DNA of 64,000 bases, taken from positions 186,001 to 250,000 of IMG/VR virus record IMGVR_UViG_3300036853_000446; one strand, written 5' to 3'. Under the pieces are notes generated by a model that saw only the letters and a list, made by a program, of their open reading frames with translations, was not told where the DNA came from and did not search any database. Every line of letters begins with the position of its first letter. Position 1 is the first letter of the stretch. This document shows, in pieces, positions 49,070 to 58,986 of this stretch. The translations under genes were made by a program, and so were the position numbers.

Positions 49070-49175
49070 TTAGGGTCGAGGCGTCGACCCTCCCGCTGTC
49101 TCGTTAGGGGTCGAGGCGTCGACCCTCCGGATCCCTGTCTTGAGCCGTCGCCGGCCTTAGGGTCGAGGCGTCGAC
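49070..49175. repeat. Three copies of palindromic unit TTAGGGTCGAGGCGTCGAC(CCTCC)
   Basis: 49070-49093, 49104-49128, 49157-49175. Confidence 0.85.
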
Positions 49176-50041
49176 TTGTTTCGGATCGAATCGAGCCGGG
49201 TGCTCAATTCGACGATCTGCTTGGCGGCTGCGCCTTTGGGGAGCGTGGCGTTAAAGGACTCTCCGGCTTTTTTGCACAGGTGCTCGAGGTATTCCGCCTG
49301 CCGCTCCGTCATGGGCTCATCCTTGCTGAGCCACAAATCTGGATTCTCGCGACGCGCCTCTTGGCATCGCGCCACCAGGGCGTCGATGAGTTCGGTGGCC
49401 ACGGGTTTAGAAAGACTCCCATCAAAGACCTCACCCGTCTGCTCGCAAAGCGACTTCAAGAGTGCCGCCTGCTTCTCCGTCATTTTGGGCGGCTTGCGAG
49501 GTTTGTTCGGCTTGTCGGGCGGGAGCGCTTTCAACAGGGCGATGACTTCGAAGGCCCACAGCCGCTGGACCCTGTCGGACGGAGGCGGTTCGCTGTTTTT
49601 TGGAGGAAACGCCGAGGACCATCCATCCTGCCCGAGCGGGCGTTCGTGATAGAGCCCCTTCGCGGAGCCCGTCGGTACGTCTTTGCCGTTGACGCGCTGG
49701 AGGAGCCCGGCGTGTCGGAGGAGTTTCGCAACGCTCGAGGGGGCCAGGGAAGGCGGGCCAAGGTTCACCCCGATAGTGGTCACGTTCAGCCACTCCGTCT
49801 GGGGATCGGTTACGGGCGGCTCTGGTGACTCGCGGCTCGGTAGTCCCGAGAGAATCGTCCAGAGCCTGCCGGGATCGCATCGCACGCACAGCCCCCCGTG
49901 AGCGTCCCGAAACCAGTCGAGACCCGTGGCGGCGAGTCGCTCCTCCGGGTCGTCGGGTTGTCCTTCGATAGGCCGCCAATACCGACGGATTTTCGTCCCC
50001 GTAAATTGCGTCAAACCCGTCTGATCGTCGTAGCCAGACAT
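49157..50041 (-). CDS. KilAC/antirepressor-like domain plus two DUF3072-like repeats
   Basis: TTIGVNLG..VAKLLRHAGLL..VPT; MTEKQAALLKSL and EPMTERQAEYLEHL. Confidence 0.7.
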   Translation of the reverse strand: MSGYDDQTGLTQFTGTKIRRYWRPIEGQPDDPEERLAATGLDWFRDAHGGLCVRCDPGRLWTILSGLPSRESPEPPVTDPQTEWLNVTTIGVNLGPPSLAPSSVAKLLRHAGLLQRVNGKDVPTGSAKGLYHERPLGQDGWSSAFPPKNSEPPPSDRVQRLWAFEVIALLKALPPDKPNKPRKPPKMTEKQAALLKSLCEQTGEVFDGSLSKPVATELIDALVARCQEARRENPDLWLSKDEPMTERQAEYLEHLCKKAGESFNATLPKGAAAKQIVELSTRLDSIRNKSTPRP

Positions 50042-50413
50042 TGTCGTCGTTCACCGTGACGCCGCGAGAGCTGATTGCAGGGGAGCTTAAAGGCGATCCG
50101 CCGTGCGCGAAAGGGGCACGTCACTCGGGACGGTCACCCTATTCCGGGCTCGCTCACCGCTATGTGCCGACAGCCACCGACGTTCCCCGTCCGGTCTCGT
50201 TCCGTTGATTCGGGCAGGGGTTACGACTTGCACCACGGGTTACGCGGTTGGGTCTACTCGCGCCACGTCGTCTTCTACGTGCCCGCCGAATGGGGCGTCG
50301 AGGTCATTCGCATCCCTCCACTCCCGCCGCGACATCGGACTCGCCGTTATTACTGGTATCGCAGGGCATCCGGCCAACTTGACCTTTCCTCAAGTTCTGC
50401 TAGTCTATTGGGT

Positions 50414-50683
50414 GTGCCACCGAACACCCCTGCCGCTGTCCTGGCCGAGTGCCACGCAGGCGGGCGCACTGGGATCTTCATGCTCGGGGAGCACGGGGCA
50501 GACAGCGCTCGCAAGCGGAACATCGACATCCACGATATCAAGCATGCACTGGTAGGGTCTACCAAAGCGTTCCTCCAACCCAATGGTCGATGGAATGTCT
50601 CCGGTGGTTCAGACCTCGAAGGCGATCCCGTCACTCTCATCGTCAATGTCGAACGTGGCCTGCTGATCGTGACCCTCTATTGA
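50414..50683 (+). CDS. DUF4258-like toxin
   Basis: EHGADSARKRNIDIHDIKHAL..RWNVSG.DLEG; promoter TTGACC(50379)-N16-TAGTCT(50401). Confidence 0.75.
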   Translation: MPPNTPAAVLAECHAGGRTGIFMLGEHGADSARKRNIDIHDIKHALVGSTKAFLQPNGRWNVSGGSDLEGDPVTLIVNVERGLLIVTLY

Positions 50684-51090
50684 TGGGAGAACCTATGAAA
50701 CGCGAACACAAGATCACCGTCGGCCGCTACACGCTGATCGGCACGTACGAGGCGGTCGAACTCGAGGACGGCACGTTCGCCATGTCGAGCGCCGATTTCG
50801 GCCGTCTCGGACTGCAGGCGGCGATCGCCGTCTTCAAGAAGGCCGAGAGCATCAACGGTGACGAGTTGCGCTTCGCTCGTAAGACCATGGGCCTCCGTCA
50901 ACCGGACCTTGGCGCCCTGCTCGACGTCGCTACCGAGACGGTGTCACGTTGGGAGACGGGAGCCGATCCGATTCGTCGGCAGACTCAACTCGCCGTTCTC
51001 TTGTTCCTCGAGTATACGCAACAGTATGGTTCGCCCGTGCCACTCGCTCCGGCGAACGATCAAACTCTCCCCGTCCGCATCGTCGCCTGA
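50683..51090 (+). CDS. MqsA-like HTH antitoxin
   Basis: ELRFARKTMGLRQPDLGALLDVATETVSRWETG; TGATG coupling. Confidence 0.8.
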   Translation: MGEPMKREHKITVGRYTLIGTYEAVELEDGTFAMSSADFGRLGLQAAIAVFKKAESINGDELRFARKTMGLRQPDLGALLDVATETVSRWETGADPIRRQTQLAVLLFLEYTQQYGSPVPLAPANDQTLPVRIVA

Positions 51091-51168
51091 CTTTCCCTTG
51101 GCGCGCGATCAAAGGTCGTTCGTCGTCAGCTCTCCCGCTTTCTTCCGTTACCCTTTGGGAATGCCGTC

Positions 51169-51546
51169 ATGACTGCCGAATCGGTTTCTCGCGCGTTCGA
51201 GTCCCTCACGACGCTTCCCGCTCTCGAAGGGGGCTTCCTCCGCCATCTCCTATTTCAGGCGATCGACGACCCCGCGTTGGCGCTCGACCCCGCGCTCGCC
51301 ACCCATTTGTACCTCGTCCCTTTGGTCGTCCGCGTCTTGCCCTCGTCATTCGTTCGCAGCATCCTGGCCAGCCCGAGCGTACGGTTCATGGCAGCGAACA
51401 CCCTCGACGACGCCGCTCGCAACGTCGCCGTTGGCCGTGACGACATCTCAGCCGAGACGCTCGTGAAGCTTTCTCGTATCGCGCTCCACGACCCCGCCTT
51501 CCTCGCTTATTTCCTCGACAATCGCCCCCCGAGCCCGTTCCTGTGA
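51169..51546 (+). CDS. Hypothetical protein
   Basis: 125 aa ORF. Confidence 0.55.
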   Translation: MTAESVSRAFESLTTLPALEGGFLRHLLFQAIDDPALALDPALATHLYLVPLVVRVLPSSFVRSILASPSVRFMAANTLDDAARNVAVGRDDISAETLVKLSRIALHDPAFLAYFLDNRPPSPFL

Positions 51547-51555
51547 ACCGCCAAC

Positions 51556-51759
51556 ATGTACCATCTACGCATCCTCGCTCATGACGCCGTGTGGTATCGC
51601 CCCTGGCCGAGGATCCCCGAGCTTTACGACACGCTCATGCTGGGCGGCCGCTATACCGTCGATGCGGTCGAACATGAAGCGGGCACGGAAGCGGGCAACC
51701 GATGGGACGTGACCGTTCGGGTGAGGCGTCTCCCGGATCCTTTGGCGGGCACTTCCTAG
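51556..51759 (+). CDS. Hypothetical protein
   Basis: 67 aa ORF. Confidence 0.55.
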   Translation: MYHLRILAHDAVWYRPWPRIPELYDTLMLGGRYTVDAVEHEAGTEAGNRWDVTVRVRRLPDPLAGTS

Positions 51760-51975
51760 GTCCGGCTCCAGCGTCTCTCCGGGCCCCCTGACAGCCCGCC
51801 AGTGCCCGCCGTCGAGTCGCCCCTTCCTCCGCACGCCCGAGCCGCCGGGGCTTCTCAGAGGGCCCACTGAGCGTTCCTGCGGGGCCGTCCAGGTCGAATC
51901 CCCCGGTCACGTTCGCTTTCTTCACCCCGCGGACAGCTTGGATAGCCTCCAATTCGTCACCAAGGTGCGGTAGGT

Positions 51976-52377
51976 GTGCACATGTCTTCCAAAACGAAAC
52001 CATTGCCCGAGCGTCCCGATCCCGCCCTCATCGAACCGGGCCAGACCACACAGGATCTCGCCCACCTCCTGAAGGGCCTCGAAGACGCCAGACTGTGGAG
52101 TCATTTTGCCCCGCACTCTGCGGGTGGCATGGCGACCGCAGACATGGTCTCCGAACGGCTCGGGGCCGTCGATACCATGCTCGAAGCGCTCGTGAGGATC
52201 GTGAGCGGGCTCGCGCACGAGGTACGGGTCTCCGAGGTCCAAGCGCGGAACGGCATCACGTATTTGGAAGCCTCGCAACTCGTGTCGGCCGAGAAAGCCT
52301 GGCTCGACGCTGAGGAGCGTGAGAAACCGCAAGACGCTCGAACCCATCTTCGGGCACCTTCGCTGTCCCTCCGCTAG
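51976..52377 (+). CDS. Hypothetical protein
   Basis: 133 aa ORF. Confidence 0.55.
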   Translation: MHMSSKTKPLPERPDPALIEPGQTTQDLAHLLKGLEDARLWSHFAPHSAGGMATADMVSERLGAVDTMLEALVRIVSGLAHEVRVSEVQARNGITYLEASQLVSAEKAWLDAEEREKPQDARTHLRAPSLSLR

Positions 52378-52486
52378 GCCCGGGCGACGTGGGAACAACG
52401 ACTCTGCCGCTTTCCCGTCGACCGTCTCTCGCTTTCAAACATTCTCGCTCTCCCTGCTTCTGGCAGAGCAAACGCGGAACTAAAAC

Positions 52487-52693
52487 ATGACCATCAAACT
52501 CATCGACGGCACCGAATGGTCAGACGGTGACCTGCACGCCCAACGAGCTAAAGAATGGGGAATGACCCGCGTAGCCGCCAAGGCTAGGGGCTTTATGCTC
52601 GATTACTGCACGCCAGGCCAATCGCTCAATGCGCTCATTGGAAGGAAGGACCTCATTGAAAAGAAGGACGAGAAGCAAACAAAACCCAAATAA
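52487..52693 (+). CDS. Hypothetical protein
   Basis: 68 aa ORF. Confidence 0.55.
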   Translation: MTIKLIDGTEWSDGDLHAQRAKEWGMTRVAAKARGFMLDYCTPGQSLNALIGRKDLIEKKDEKQTKPK

Positions 52694-52760
52694 TCTCTCA
52701 GCGGGCGCAATGTCCTTGATTCTTTCGGGGGGATACTTCCCCTCTCCCGACGCGGGTTAG

Positions 52761-53507
52761 CTAGCCACGATCTCGATCCGACTTCGCTTCTTCCTTACGG
52801 TATTTGTCTCGATCCTTCTCGTAACGCTCCTGCGCCTTGTCTCTCGCGTCCTCGAGCGCATCCGTGTGGACGTGCTTTGCACCTTGGGAAGTCATATGTG
52901 CCGCGAAGTCAGCCATGTCCGGGCCCCCGGATTTGAACTCCACTTCAAAGACATCGTCACCCGATTGGCAGCTCATGACGCCGTTGCCGCTGGTATCCGT
53001 GTTTAGGTTGAACTTCATCTTCGATATGGGCTTCTTCTTGTCCGTGCCTTGGGTATGCAGCAGCCGCTCCACGTCCTTTTCACTGATTTTCGAGGCATCC
53101 CCGCCGCGCGCCAAAGCACGATTGACCCCTTCGTGGTCCTGCTTGTCGCGAAGCTTGTTCAGCTCGGCTTTCGTGGCCTTCTGACCCCCCGGCTTGGCTT
53201 CATCCTTCGGCTTCTTCTTACCCTCATCCTTGCCGTCGCCCTTCTCCCCCTTGGGCGCGTCCCCCTTCGTCTCCTTCGTCTTGACCTTGTGCTTCGAGTG
53301 GTCCGCTTTCGGATGTTCGTGAAGGTATTTCTCGAGCGCTTCCGGTGAGGAATGCTCCATGGACGTCACGGAACGCCGTGCAACGCGCTCGGCCAGGTCA
53401 TTCAGAGCCGACGCGACCCGCACTCGAGAAGGGGCCTCGCTTCGCGCGTAGGCTAGGAGAGCCCGAAGCTCGTGTCGTAGATCTCGAGGGGAAGCGATCT
53501 TGTTCAT
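52761..53507 (-). CDS. Leader-bearing charged protein (KIAS family)
   Basis: MNKIASPRDLRHELRALLAYARSEAPSRVRVASALNDLAERVA. Confidence 0.75.
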   Translation of the reverse strand: MNKIASPRDLRHELRALLAYARSEAPSRVRVASALNDLAERVARRSVTSMEHSSPEALEKYLHEHPKADHSKHKVKTKETKGDAPKGEKGDGKDEGKKKPKDEAKPGGQKATKAELNKLRDKQDHEGVNRALARGGDASKISEKDVERLLHTQGTDKKKPISKMKFNLNTDTSGNGVMSCQSGDDVFEVEFKSGGPDMADFAAHMTSQGAKHVHTDALEDARDKAQERYEKDRDKYRKEEAKSDRDRG

Positions 53508-53609
53508 GGTGGGGAAGTCCTTTTCTCGTACAACCGGCGCATCAATGGATTTGGCAACGCGATCCAGAGCTAACCAGGGCACGGATCAAACCGTTGGGCT
53601 CGCCCGTAC

Positions 53610-53969
53610 TTGGCTTTGCCCCCTATGAAAACCCCCCTCATCACGGTTCGCTCTGCCGGCTCCACGCGCCCCGGCTTTGCCCAAATCACGTTACAGGTCT
53701 CGACGGTTAGCGACCCCGCCACCAGCCACGACGAGTGGATCACGGGGCTTCGCGAGCGGCGCGCCCTCACCGCCGCCGTCTATTGCGTGGCCGCCCGTCT
53801 CGAGCAGATCGCTAGCACGGAGGCCCTCGAGTTAGAAGTCAGCGTCGGCCAAATCCGGCTCGGCGTCATCGACGTCGACACCCGCAAGGACGCCCTCGAC
53901 GACGACATCATCACCGAAATCGTCATCGAAGCCTGCGTCGATTGCGGCTTCACGCTCGCCGATCAGTAA
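53610..53969 (+). CDS. Hypothetical protein
   Basis: 119 aa ORF. Confidence 0.55.
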   Translation: MALPPMKTPLITVRSAGSTRPGFAQITLQVSTVSDPATSHDEWITGLRERRALTAAVYCVAARLEQIASTEALELEVSVGQIRLGVIDVDTRKDALDDDIITEIVIEACVDCGFTLADQ

Positions 53970-54076
53970 TCCCCCATTTCGCTGAAACATCGTTATCCGA
54001 GCATCTCTTTTGAAACGGCCCGATTAGGGCCCGTTGCTCGGTTAACGAACGTAAAGCAAACTAGTCATCTCCCAGC

Positions 54077-54553
54077 ATGCCAACCCTAATCGCGATTGCC
54101 GCCGCGCTACTCCTATTTCTCATCTTCGCCGAGCACGGCGGACTGCGCTGGCTAGGGTCCGTTCTTCGTCTGGCTTTCGCCCCGCAGCTCGCCTGGGTCT
54201 CGTGGGCCGTCGCTTACCTCGTCGAGACTCTAGTGGTTTCACCCCGGCGTTGGGTGCATCGACGGGTCGAAGCTCGATTCGGCAAGCGGGTTGCCGACGA
54301 GTATCATTGGCGCCTCGTGCTCGTCGCCATATTCGGTTTCTTCGCAGTGTACGACTTCCGTATGTTCATCTCCGGCATAGTCGCCTCCATCGTCCTCGGC
54401 GTGGGTCTCACGCTTGCCTTTCTGGCCCTCGTATCCGTGTTCGGGATCGTCAGTCTGTTCATCTACTACGGCGTCATAGTCCTCAGCCACGTCCGCCGCT
54501 GGTTTCGCTGGTTGACGACGGCATATCTCCGGGAGGCCCCGAGCGGCTCGTGA
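54077..54553 (+). CDS. Integral membrane protein
   Basis: Several TM helices. Confidence 0.7.
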   Translation: MPTLIAIAAALLLFLIFAEHGGLRWLGSVLRLAFAPQLAWVSWAVAYLVETLVVSPRRWVHRRVEARFGKRVADEYHWRLVLVAIFGFFAVYDFRMFISGIVASIVLGVGLTLAFLALVSVFGIVSLFIYYGVIVLSHVRRWFRWLTTAYLREAPSGS

Positions 54554-54722
54554 CCGGTAGCCCGCCTTACCGTCAGGGCGCCCCGTGGTGAGGCGACGGG
54601 ACCTCCAACGCTCTCGCTGGTCGTCCCCTCCCTCGGGGGCGCTCTCAGAGCCCGCCGTAGCGCTCCCTCACGGGCCCTTCTCGACCCTGGCTCCGTTATA
54701 ACGAATGTGCTAAACCGTTAGC

Positions 54723-54953
54723 ATGGCACCAAAAAAGCCCATCGTAGCGGGCAACTCCCTCGCCGTCGTTCTCGACAAGGCCGTCCTCGAGGCGACGGGC
54801 ATCACGCGGGAGACCGTCCTCGAGGTCTCGACCGACGGTGACGTCGTCGTGCTCTCCCCCGTGCGCTCACCGGCGCGGTCCGCCCGTCTGGCAGCCATCG
54901 CCGACGGCGTTTTCACACGTCATGCGGGGGCGTTCCGCAAGCTCGCCGAATGA
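54723..54953 (+). CDS. AbrB/MazE-type antitoxin
   Basis: GNSLAVVLDK..LEVSTDGDVVVLSPV. Confidence 0.85.
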   Translation: MAPKKPIVAGNSLAVVLDKAVLEATGITRETVLEVSTDGDVVVLSPVRSPARSARLAAIADGVFTRHAGAFRKLAE

Positions 54954-55372
54954 CCGAGTTCCTCACCCTCGATGAGGTCCTCGCTTTGCACTCGGGATCG
55001 ATCGCGCGCTTCGGAGGCGACCCTGGGATCAAGGACATCGGTCTCCTCGAGTCCGCTCTCGCCATGCCTCAGGCTTCTTTCGACGGCGTCGATCTCCACG
55101 AGACGCTCTCCGAGAAGGCCGCCGCGTATCTCTTCCATGTCGTCAAAAACCACGCCTTCGTTGACGGCAACAAGCGCACGGGGCTCGCCGTTGCGCTCGT
55201 CTTCCTCGAGCTAAACGGCTTCCGCTGGGAGGCTTCCGACTCCGATCTCATCGCCCTCACGCTCTCGGTAGCGTCGGGCGCCCGTAGTAAGGCCGCCGTG
55301 GCGGTAACGATCGCCGAAGGGCTCGTCCCGCTCCCGCCCCCCTTTCCCCCTAGGACCACAACCCCAAAATGA
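54950..55372 (+). CDS. doc: Doc/Fic toxin
   Basis: KNHAFVDGNKRTG. Confidence 0.9.
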   Translation: MTEFLTLDEVLALHSGSIARFGGDPGIKDIGLLESALAMPQASFDGVDLHETLSEKAAAYLFHVVKNHAFVDGNKRTGLAVALVFLELNGFRWEASDSDLIALTLSVASGARSKAAVAVTIAEGLVPLPPPFPPRTTTPK

Positions 55373-55728
55373 CCGACTCCAACCCCTTTGCCGTCAACCA
55401 ATTCGGTTCGCATCCCGATCTCGGCAACGACGACTGCCAGAGCGGCGCCGAATTTGACTCTCTCTCGGACGCCGAAGCGGCCTTCTCTGCGCCCGTCACC
55501 GATCCCTACGTCGCGTTCGTCGAGCTTCTAGGGCCCTCCGGTCTCCGTAAAGTCCGTGCGAACCCCGCCTACGACGCGGCATTTGTCGCTCGGGAGCGAG
55601 CCCCGGACGACGCCGAATGGCGTCAGGAGCGCGCCATGCAGGCCGGCATGGGGCTCGGCATCGACGCCTACAACGAAGCGATGGGCTACGAAATCGAGGA
55701 CTACAACGAAGCGATGGGCCACGAATGA
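55369..55728 (+). CDS. Hypothetical protein with C-terminal 11-aa duplication
   Basis: YNEAMGYEIED YNEAMGHE; DNA repeat 55668-55692/55701-55725. Confidence 0.65.
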   Translation: MTDSNPFAVNQFGSHPDLGNDDCQSGAEFDSLSDAEAAFSAPVTDPYVAFVELLGPSGLRKVRANPAYDAAFVARERAPDDAEWRQERAMQAGMGLGIDAYNEAMGYEIEDYNEAMGHE

Positions 55729-55937
55729 CCGCGATCACGCCGGACGCTTTCTCCAAGGCAGCGCTCGAAGCCATCGAAGAAACGGGCATCAGCCCCGTCG
55801 AAGATCTCGAACGTCTTCTCAGCCGCAACGTCACGCCCGCCGAGCTTCTCGAGGAATGTCTCCAGGGCTCCGACGGTGACCGCGAGCAAGGATGGCAAGA
55901 CTACGTCAGCGCGCTCGAGTCGCTCGCGAGCCTCTAG
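55725..55937 (+). CDS. Hypothetical protein
   Basis: ATGA-coupled to the upstream gene. Confidence 0.6.
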   Translation: MTAITPDAFSKAALEAIEETGISPVEDLERLLSRNVTPAELLEECLQGSDGDREQGWQDYVSALESLASL

Positions 55938-55965
55938 CTCCCTCATTCCCGTCGCAGCCCCCTAG

Positions 55966-56346
55966 TCAAATCAAACGCAAGTCCCTTTCAATCATGAATC
56001 CGAAATGAAGGACGGTGTCTTGGACATGACGTCGGTGCTTGGCCCATTGTCTCTCCAAATCCCTGTCACCACCCTTGGCCTTGGCGGCATTCTCGAGTTC
56101 CTTTACCAATACCTCAGCTTTTGTGGCAGCGTCCAAGGCTGATTTCAGGTGCTTCTTCAGCGCACTCAGCTGGGCCTTGTTCTCGGAATCAAAAGCCCCA
56201 GCCTCCTTGACGAGCCCTAACCCTTCGCTCAAGGTCTGAAGCTCACTTGCAATCCGTACACGTGATGGGCGCCCACCCTCCGTGTAGGCAATGAGACGCC
56301 GAAGCTCATGCTGTAGCTCTTGGGGGGACGCGATCTTGTTCATCAT
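55966..56346 (-). CDS. Leader-bearing small protein (KIAS family)
   Basis: MNKIASPQELQHELRRLIAYTEGGRPSRVRIASEL..VKEAG. Confidence 0.75.
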   Translation of the reverse strand: MMNKIASPQELQHELRRLIAYTEGGRPSRVRIASELQTLSEGLGLVKEAGAFDSENKAQLSALKKHLKSALDAATKAEVLVKELENAAKAKGGDRDLERQWAKHRRHVQDTVLHFGFMIERDLRLI

Positions 56347-56456
56347 GGGTGAAGGCCTTTCGCCTCACGTCGGCGCATCAACGGATTCTTGGGTGTGGGC
56401 CCCGTGGAATCGCGCAGTCCCGCACTCGCTCCCACGGGCTCGGTGTAGCTCATGAC

Positions 56457-57254
56457 GTGACGCCCGAAAGAAGAGCTTGGCTTAGCATGTTCGATCGCTG
56501 TCGGACCATGCCCGACTATGCCCACGTGAAGATCGCTCGCCGTTGGGCGTCGTTTGAAGCGTTTCTCGCGGACGTTGGCCCGAAGCCCTCCCCTCACCAT
56601 CTGTTCTGTCGCATCGACAATGGCGGCCATTACATGCCCCGTAACGTCCGATGGATGACCCGGACCGAGCAGCTCCGGAGTCGCACGAACACCATCCGTT
56701 TGACCTATCACGGGGTCACGGACACGCTCCCGGCATGGGCAGAGCGCCGAAAGCTTCCCCGCAAAAATATCGTCAACCGGCTCAATTACGGATGGTCCGT
56801 CGGTCAGGCTTTGGGCTTCCAACCCCCTCCGGATCGCATCATAGCCCGCGCCCGCAAACGCCAGGCGAGCGGCAAGAGCCGGGATAAAGAATACCGTAGC
56901 TGGCGCTACATGCTGCGTAGCAGCCTCTCCGTGCATCCCCCGTGGCGGCAGCTCGATCGCTTCCTTTCCGACATGGGCCCGTGTCCAGCCAAGCACCAAC
57001 TCGGGCGGCTCGACACCGCGTTGGGGTACGACCCGTCCAATTGCCTTTGGATGACCCGGTCCCGAGTCATGCGGCTCAGCCGAGCGGCTCACGTGCTCGA
57101 CTATGCTGGCGAAAGCCATCCCGTCGTGGTTTGGAGCGATCAGACCGGGCTCAGCGTGGCCACGATCCATTGCCGCCTTCAGCGCGGCTGGAGTGTGGGG
57201 GAGGCACTCGGTCTCGCGGCTAGGTCTCGAGGCTCACGTGCGTCGGCCAAATGA
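56457..57254 (+). CDS. Tandem degenerate HNH-like protein
   Basis: Two units each ending GWSVG(Q/E)ALG; CGGTGTA 9 nt upstream of the GTG. Confidence 0.8.
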   Translation: MTPERRAWLSMFDRCRTMPDYAHVKIARRWASFEAFLADVGPKPSPHHLFCRIDNGGHYMPRNVRWMTRTEQLRSRTNTIRLTYHGVTDTLPAWAERRKLPRKNIVNRLNYGWSVGQALGFQPPPDRIIARARKRQASGKSRDKEYRSWRYMLRSSLSVHPPWRQLDRFLSDMGPCPAKHQLGRLDTALGYDPSNCLWMTRSRVMRLSRAAHVLDYAGESHPVVVWSDQTGLSVATIHCRLQRGWSVGEALGLAARSRGSRASAK

Positions 57255-57290
57255 TCCCCATCGTAGGCTTCCGTAAGCCACACTCGACGT

Positions 57291-57809
57291 TCACCCAGCC
57301 CCGGTGCCATTGACAGGCCTCCGAGAGGGCTCCGGGTGAATCACCCCCTCCCGGTCATACTCCGGCTCCCCCGGGCTCTGAGAGGGCTCCTGAGGCTCAG
57401 GGCGCTCCCCCATTACCCCCACGACGTACCGCCTCCGCTCGCGCATCTCGCGAGCAAAATCCTCCATCATCTCCTGCATGTCGCTGGCGGATTCCTCATC
57501 CCTCGGTGGCAGGATCCCTTCCGCTCTCAGCCGGGCGACGCGCTCCCGGTAGCCCCCGAGAATGTCCGCGATTTCCTCCCCGAGTTCGCAGAGGGCGATC
57601 CGCCTTCCCGCGTCCCCGGTCTCGTCGCTCTCTTCCTCCCATGCCGTCGGCAGCTCGTCGATCCGATCGAGCTTGCCCACGCAGAAATGCAGTTCGTTCT
57701 CGAACCGCCGAATCCGCACGTCCCGAGCGTTGATCATGCGCAGCGCCTTCGGCAGGACCTTGTTGAGCGTTTCGCATTCCTCGTCCGTGAGTTCTTCCCT
57801 CTCCCTCAT
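57291..57809 (-). CDS. Hypothetical acidic protein
   Basis: 172 aa ORF. Confidence 0.55.
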   Translation of the reverse strand: MREREELTDEECETLNKVLPKALRMINARDVRIRRFENELHFCVGKLDRIDELPTAWEEESDETGDAGRRIALCELGEEIADILGGYRERVARLRAEGILPPRDEESASDMQEMMEDFAREMRERRRYVVGVMGERPEPQEPSQSPGEPEYDREGVIHPEPSRRPVNGTGAG

Positions 57810-58074
57810 CCGGGTAGGATCGCACGCCTCCGCGACGACGAATAGGGCTTCTGCCGATCAGCCTTGTCCCAAGGGCGGCCCCTCGTACCGTTCGAGCGTT
57901 GGCCTTGGGCAACACGAGCTGAGAGGTCATGCCCCTCAGTTGGTCAAACCGATGAATTTCATCGTTCGCGAGATGGGGGACGCCTGCCGAGGCCTTGGGG
58001 TGTGTCACTCTGATTCAGTCTAACAAGATCAGATGACCCTTGACGGTCTCTCAGGATCGTATAGAGTGCGTCCC

Positions 58075-58485
58075 ATGACCGTCCAATACGTCTTCAACCC
58101 CGACCGCGCCCTCGAGCTGGGCATCATCACCATCCTCGTTCCCCCCGACTCGTCTTCCAGCGCCGCCGCTGGGAACGACGTCTCCGACGCGCTCTACCAG
58201 AAGTTCCTGAGCTACCTCCCACGGGGGGAAACGGACATCGGTCAGCGTCACGTCGCGCAATTCATCAAAGAGAGCCTCGACGGCGTGACCATGTCGGCCA
58301 TCAGCTCCCATTTCGGGATCACGCCAAACAGCGCCTCGGGCATCATCAACGGCGGCTTGCAAGCCAACATCAAAAAGGCCGGCTTTGCCACGGTCGATCC
58401 CATCCTGAAGATCGAGAAACGGGGCCGCCAGTGGCACTACTCCCCCGGCGAGGTCCTCTGCCGGCAGCCGCCCATCCCTTTGTAA
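58075..58485 (+). CDS. Putative winged-HTH protein
   Basis: GVTMSAISSHFGITPNSASG; TTGACG-N16-TAGAGT promoter at 58040-58067. Confidence 0.6.
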   Translation: MTVQYVFNPDRALELGIITILVPPDSSSSAAAGNDVSDALYQKFLSYLPRGETDIGQRHVAQFIKESLDGVTMSAISSHFGITPNSASGIINGGLQANIKKAGFATVDPILKIEKRGRQWHYSPGEVLCRQPPIPL

Positions 58486-58629
58486 GCGCGTCGCTCGCCA
58501 CCTTCAGGTTCCCACACGCCACTCCGGCTCGCACCACGCACTCGTCGCAATCGAATGGCTCGCTAAGGATCGCGATTTACAAAAACTCGCTAGAGAAGGC
58601 CGACACTGCAAGTAGAGACCCCGCATATT

Positions 58630-58986
58630 TTACAACCGCGCTAGCGAAGCCTTGAGAATCGTTTTGGCTGCGGCCTCGGCTTGTGCCTTGGCGTCATCTC
58701 GACTCTTCGCTTCGCCATCCTTTAGGGCTTTTACCGTCGTTCCCCCTTTTGCCTCTACGCCATACACCACCCACGCATCATCGTGTGCAACCAGTGAGAG
58801 CGAACCCAGATTCGCGACATCTTTTGCCTTTAGCACGGGTTCCCATATCGACGTGGCGGCGACCCGGCGACTGAGTTCGAGAAGGCTTCGGCTCAGAGCA
58901 ACTCGCGAGGGTTGGTGACCTCCCGCGTGATCGAGCAGCTGAAGCAGCTCATGCTGAAGGTCGTTGGTCGTTGCGATTTTGCGCAT
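58630..58986 (-). CDS. Leader-bearing small protein (KIAS family)
   Basis: MRKIATTNDLQHELLQLLDHAGGHQPSRVALSRSLLELSRRVAA. Confidence 0.75.
   Translation of the reverse strand: MRKIATTNDLQHELLQLLDHAGGHQPSRVALSRSLLELSRRVAATSIWEPVLKAKDVANLGSLSLVAHDDAWVVYGVEAKGGTTVKALKDGEAKSRDDAKAQAEAAAKTILKASLARL

Noticed and set aside
48970-49110. Integron attC-like GTT/AAC cores
   Set aside because: Cores do not fit RYYYAAC/GTTRRRY pairing, and there is no integrase in the window
49070-49175. CRISPR array
   Set aside because: Only three units, unequal and short spacers (about 10 and 28 nt) that partly share sequence, no cas genes
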